This document shows, one piece after another, positions 61,401-64,000 of a stretch of 64,000 nucleotides of DNA (position 1 is the stretch's first letter; the number at the start of each line of letters is the position of its first letter). Below the pieces are notes generated by a model. It ran no database searches and was not told the origin of the DNA. It worked only from the letters and a program-made list of their open reading frames with translations. This stretch comes from an uncultured Planctomycetota bacterium (GTDB taxonomy: Bacteria; Planctomycetota; Planctomycetia; Isosphaerales; Isosphaeraceae). The stretch covers positions 2,368,001-2,432,000 of the forward strand of contig CAWGMQ010000004.1 of NCBI GenBank assembly GCA_963823665.1, given 5' to 3'. A program made the position numbers and the translations under genes.

Positions 61401-64000
61401 GCCATGGTCACCTGGCTCTGCCAGATCTGGTATGCACCGCCGTTCGCCGATACGTACAGGTCGACGTATGCGACGCCGGAGCCGCCGGCGTTGTCCGTGC
61501 TGTTCCAGGTGACCTGATAGTTGGAGCTCGAGCCGATCTGGGTGACGTTCAGCGCGGTCGTCGGTGCCACCGAGTCGAGAGTGTACGTAAGCGGCGCAGT
61601 CGTCTGCGGCGCCTCAGTGTTAAAGGTGACTGTCGCCTGTCGCGCTGATCTGTGCTCCCGTCGGGCGCTGATGCATAAGGCTCGACCGTGTACGTCACAT
61701 AGCCTGCTCCCGCTCCCTCAGCGTTGTTGGGAGGCAGCAGTCCATCCGAGGGATTGGTGACCACCAACCCGGTAACCGGGTTGATCGCCTCGATCAGCCA
61801 GGTCGCGACGCCCGTCTGCACGTCGACCCCAGCGTTCACGTACACGAGATAACCGTTGCTCGAGGTGAAGTCGAAACTCCCCTGGAACAAGCCCAGGTTG
61901 CTCGGCATCTGGATGTCGATGTCGCCAATCTGGATGTCTCCCAGCCGGAATGAGCTCGGATCGAGGTTCGGGTCGAGCTGGGTCGTGATGCGAATCTCAC
62001 CCGGTTCGGTGGTGGCCTCAGGGTCGTTCTGGAAATTGATCGTGAATGGCAGTGCCTGCCCGCTGGGGATGTACCCGTTGTCTTCCGAGGTGAACGGCCC
62101 GGTCATCGACGCCAGGCCGGCATCCTGAGCTTGATTGTCGATGTACTGGCTCAAGTCCAGTGGAATGACCGGCGTCTCTCCCTGGATTTCCTGCACCCCG
62201 TTGATCTGGAATGACGGCGGTAGATCCGACCGCTCGTCATACGGCACCCACGGCACATAGACGTTGAAGTCTTCGAATGTGGTCGGCAGTGTGGCATTCA
62301 GGTTGTATTGAGATGCGGTCGGCAAGGTTGCAATCTCATTGCCGTTGATGTTGAAACCGGCCGCCGGCGCAATCTGATCGGTGTTATTGCCGTACCAAGA
62401 GAGAAGCTCGCTGAAGAACTGCGAGACGTTGCCGCTCGAGATGATTCCGCTGCCGGCGGGCCCTGCCAGCACGCCGGTGGCCATGCGTGGCCATCAAGCT
62501 CATGATCAGCGGGTTCTGGTCCACCGGCGGCGTCGTGCCTTCGGGCAAGAGCTCGCCGGCCTCTTCGAGCCCCGCCAGGTACAGGTTTTCAAACGTCGTT
62601 TGGTTGGCGGCGAGGTTCTGGAGTGCCAGCGGGGCCGTGCTGTCGGAGAGGATCGCTGCTCGCAGCTCATCGGCAAGCTGTGTCTGCTGCGCGACGAACT
62701 CCGCCTGTGTGAGCGTCGTCGCCGATGCGTTGATGTCGAATTGGAATGGAACGAATGGAACTCTGCAAGAGCGACGGGATGCCGCCGAACTCTTCATACG
62801 CTTCGTACAGATCCGGCGAGATCTGGGTGAGCCCGCGGGCCCGTTGTTCAGAATTCCCTCTTGCGCATACGCTGGGAACGCAGCATAGATCTCGGCCTTG
62901 AGCGCGTTGAAGTCCTGGTCGTTCGCCGCTTCCATACCGGGATAAGTCGTGACGTCAAACGTGAACTGCGCAAAGCCGCCAGCGGCCTCGTTGAAAAGGT
63001 TGCCCGACATCTCGATATGGCCGTTGCTCGAAGCGGTGTCTGCCTGAGACTGGAGCGTGGCGTACGGCACCTCCGAGTCCAGGCTCGATCGGGCGGCTCA
63101 CCACCTAAATCGGTGTCGACCTCGACATACGGCAGGTCGTCGAGATTGACGTTAACCGGGTCTGCGATGTTCGGATCGCTCGGGTTTGTTGGCTCCGCGT
63201 TGCTCAACTGCGGGATGCCTACGTTGAACTCGACATAGGGCGCATTGATGTTGCCCAGATTCTGCAGCGACACGCTGTAGGTGCCGGTATCGCCCGCCAG
63301 GATAAACCGCGGCCCTCCCACGCCGATCGTCACCTCGGGCGGGAGAACGTCTGCTCGATCTCAAAGCGATAAGGCGCGATCGCCTCCTGGCCGTCGGGGT
63401 TGATGACTTGAACGTCATAGAGGCCATAAGGCGCACCGGTCAGGTCGAACTCGGCCAAGATCTCCGTGGCGTTCACGAAAGTTCGTAAGCGAGCGGCTGG
63501 TACTCGGCAAACCCCGGCATCACCAGCTTGACGATCGAATTGGGTTGGAACTGGGCACCGGTGATCGTGGTCGTCACGTAGGCGCTCGAGCCCCCCTGGT
63601 CGATGGAGACGTTCGTGATCGATAGGGGCAGTAGCTCGCGCCAGCACGGACACCGGCGTGTCGTCCGCTGGCTCCGAATTCCCTTCGATCAAGACGTAAT
63701 AGATCCCAGGGGTCGTCGACGGAATGACAGCCGTCTGGTTCGGCGACAGCCCTCCCTGGTAGGCCGCGTCGTAGTCCGACTGCGTGGGCGCTGCCCCCTG
63801 TTTCAAATAAATCTCGTTGGATGCGCCCGAGGCATTCGAGCTGATCGAGACCTGAAGCGTCGCTCCTGCGGGCACGGTCACTTGCAAAAGCCGCTGTTGC
63901 CCGTCCGACAATGTGGTCGCATAGGGCACGCCCAGAGTCAGGCTGTCGACGGCTACTGTCAGGAGGGACGCCGACGCCGTTGTCTTGCTCGACTCGGGGA
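55408..64000 (-). CDS. Upstream part of the same giant protein (putative-Ig/cadherin-like repeats, beta-propeller, short YD block), broken by many frameshifts, 5' end outside window
   Basis: Overlapping ORFs 55408-58764, 58577-59797, 59751-60221, 59692-60972, 60560-61570, 61549-62484, 62384-63070, 62848-63333 and 63330-63929 read as one continuous protein (LPxGAxxxxxTGxxxWTP repeats) when frames are switched. Confidence 0.8.

Overview
GC-rich bacterial chromosome window, very probably from a planctomycete and most likely Isosphaeraceae-like. The basis is a PVC-type CxxCH haem protein, several secreted proteins with the LExLExRxLL N-terminal motif, DUF1080, WXXGXW repeats and GTAG-type REP palindromes. 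The left ~25 kb is mostly housekeeping: kdsD-kdsC followed by a 1353-aa LptC/LptA-like protein, DinB, threonine dehydratase, a PEP-CTERM protein, an ECF sigma/anti-sigma pair, a LacD-type aldolase, a LarA-family protein, Uma2, an MBL hydrolase, GT2, Uup and GlpX. From ~25 kb onward the window is dominated by secreted or surface proteins: HtrA, sedolisin, matrixin, a gingipain-like C25 peptidase, Ig-rich adhesins and a giant frameshifted RHS/YD protein that runs off the right edge. The best candidate for an undescribed system is a divergent gene pair at 34.2-37.3 kb. It joins a secreted protein built of ~28 decapeptide repeats carrying Q-A-P-x-K with a secreted protein bearing the motifs of the Phytophthora GP42/TGase_elicitor transglutaminase family, a possible Gln-Lys isopeptide cross-linking enzyme and its substrate. 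Other leads are a tightly folded multibranch RNA-like element at 12.0-12.2 kb, a possible single-chain LPS bridge, and a Uma2 gene flanked by a 7-bp duplication. Many single-base frameshifts suggest long-read consensus errors. All family calls come from motif recognition by eye, with no database searches.
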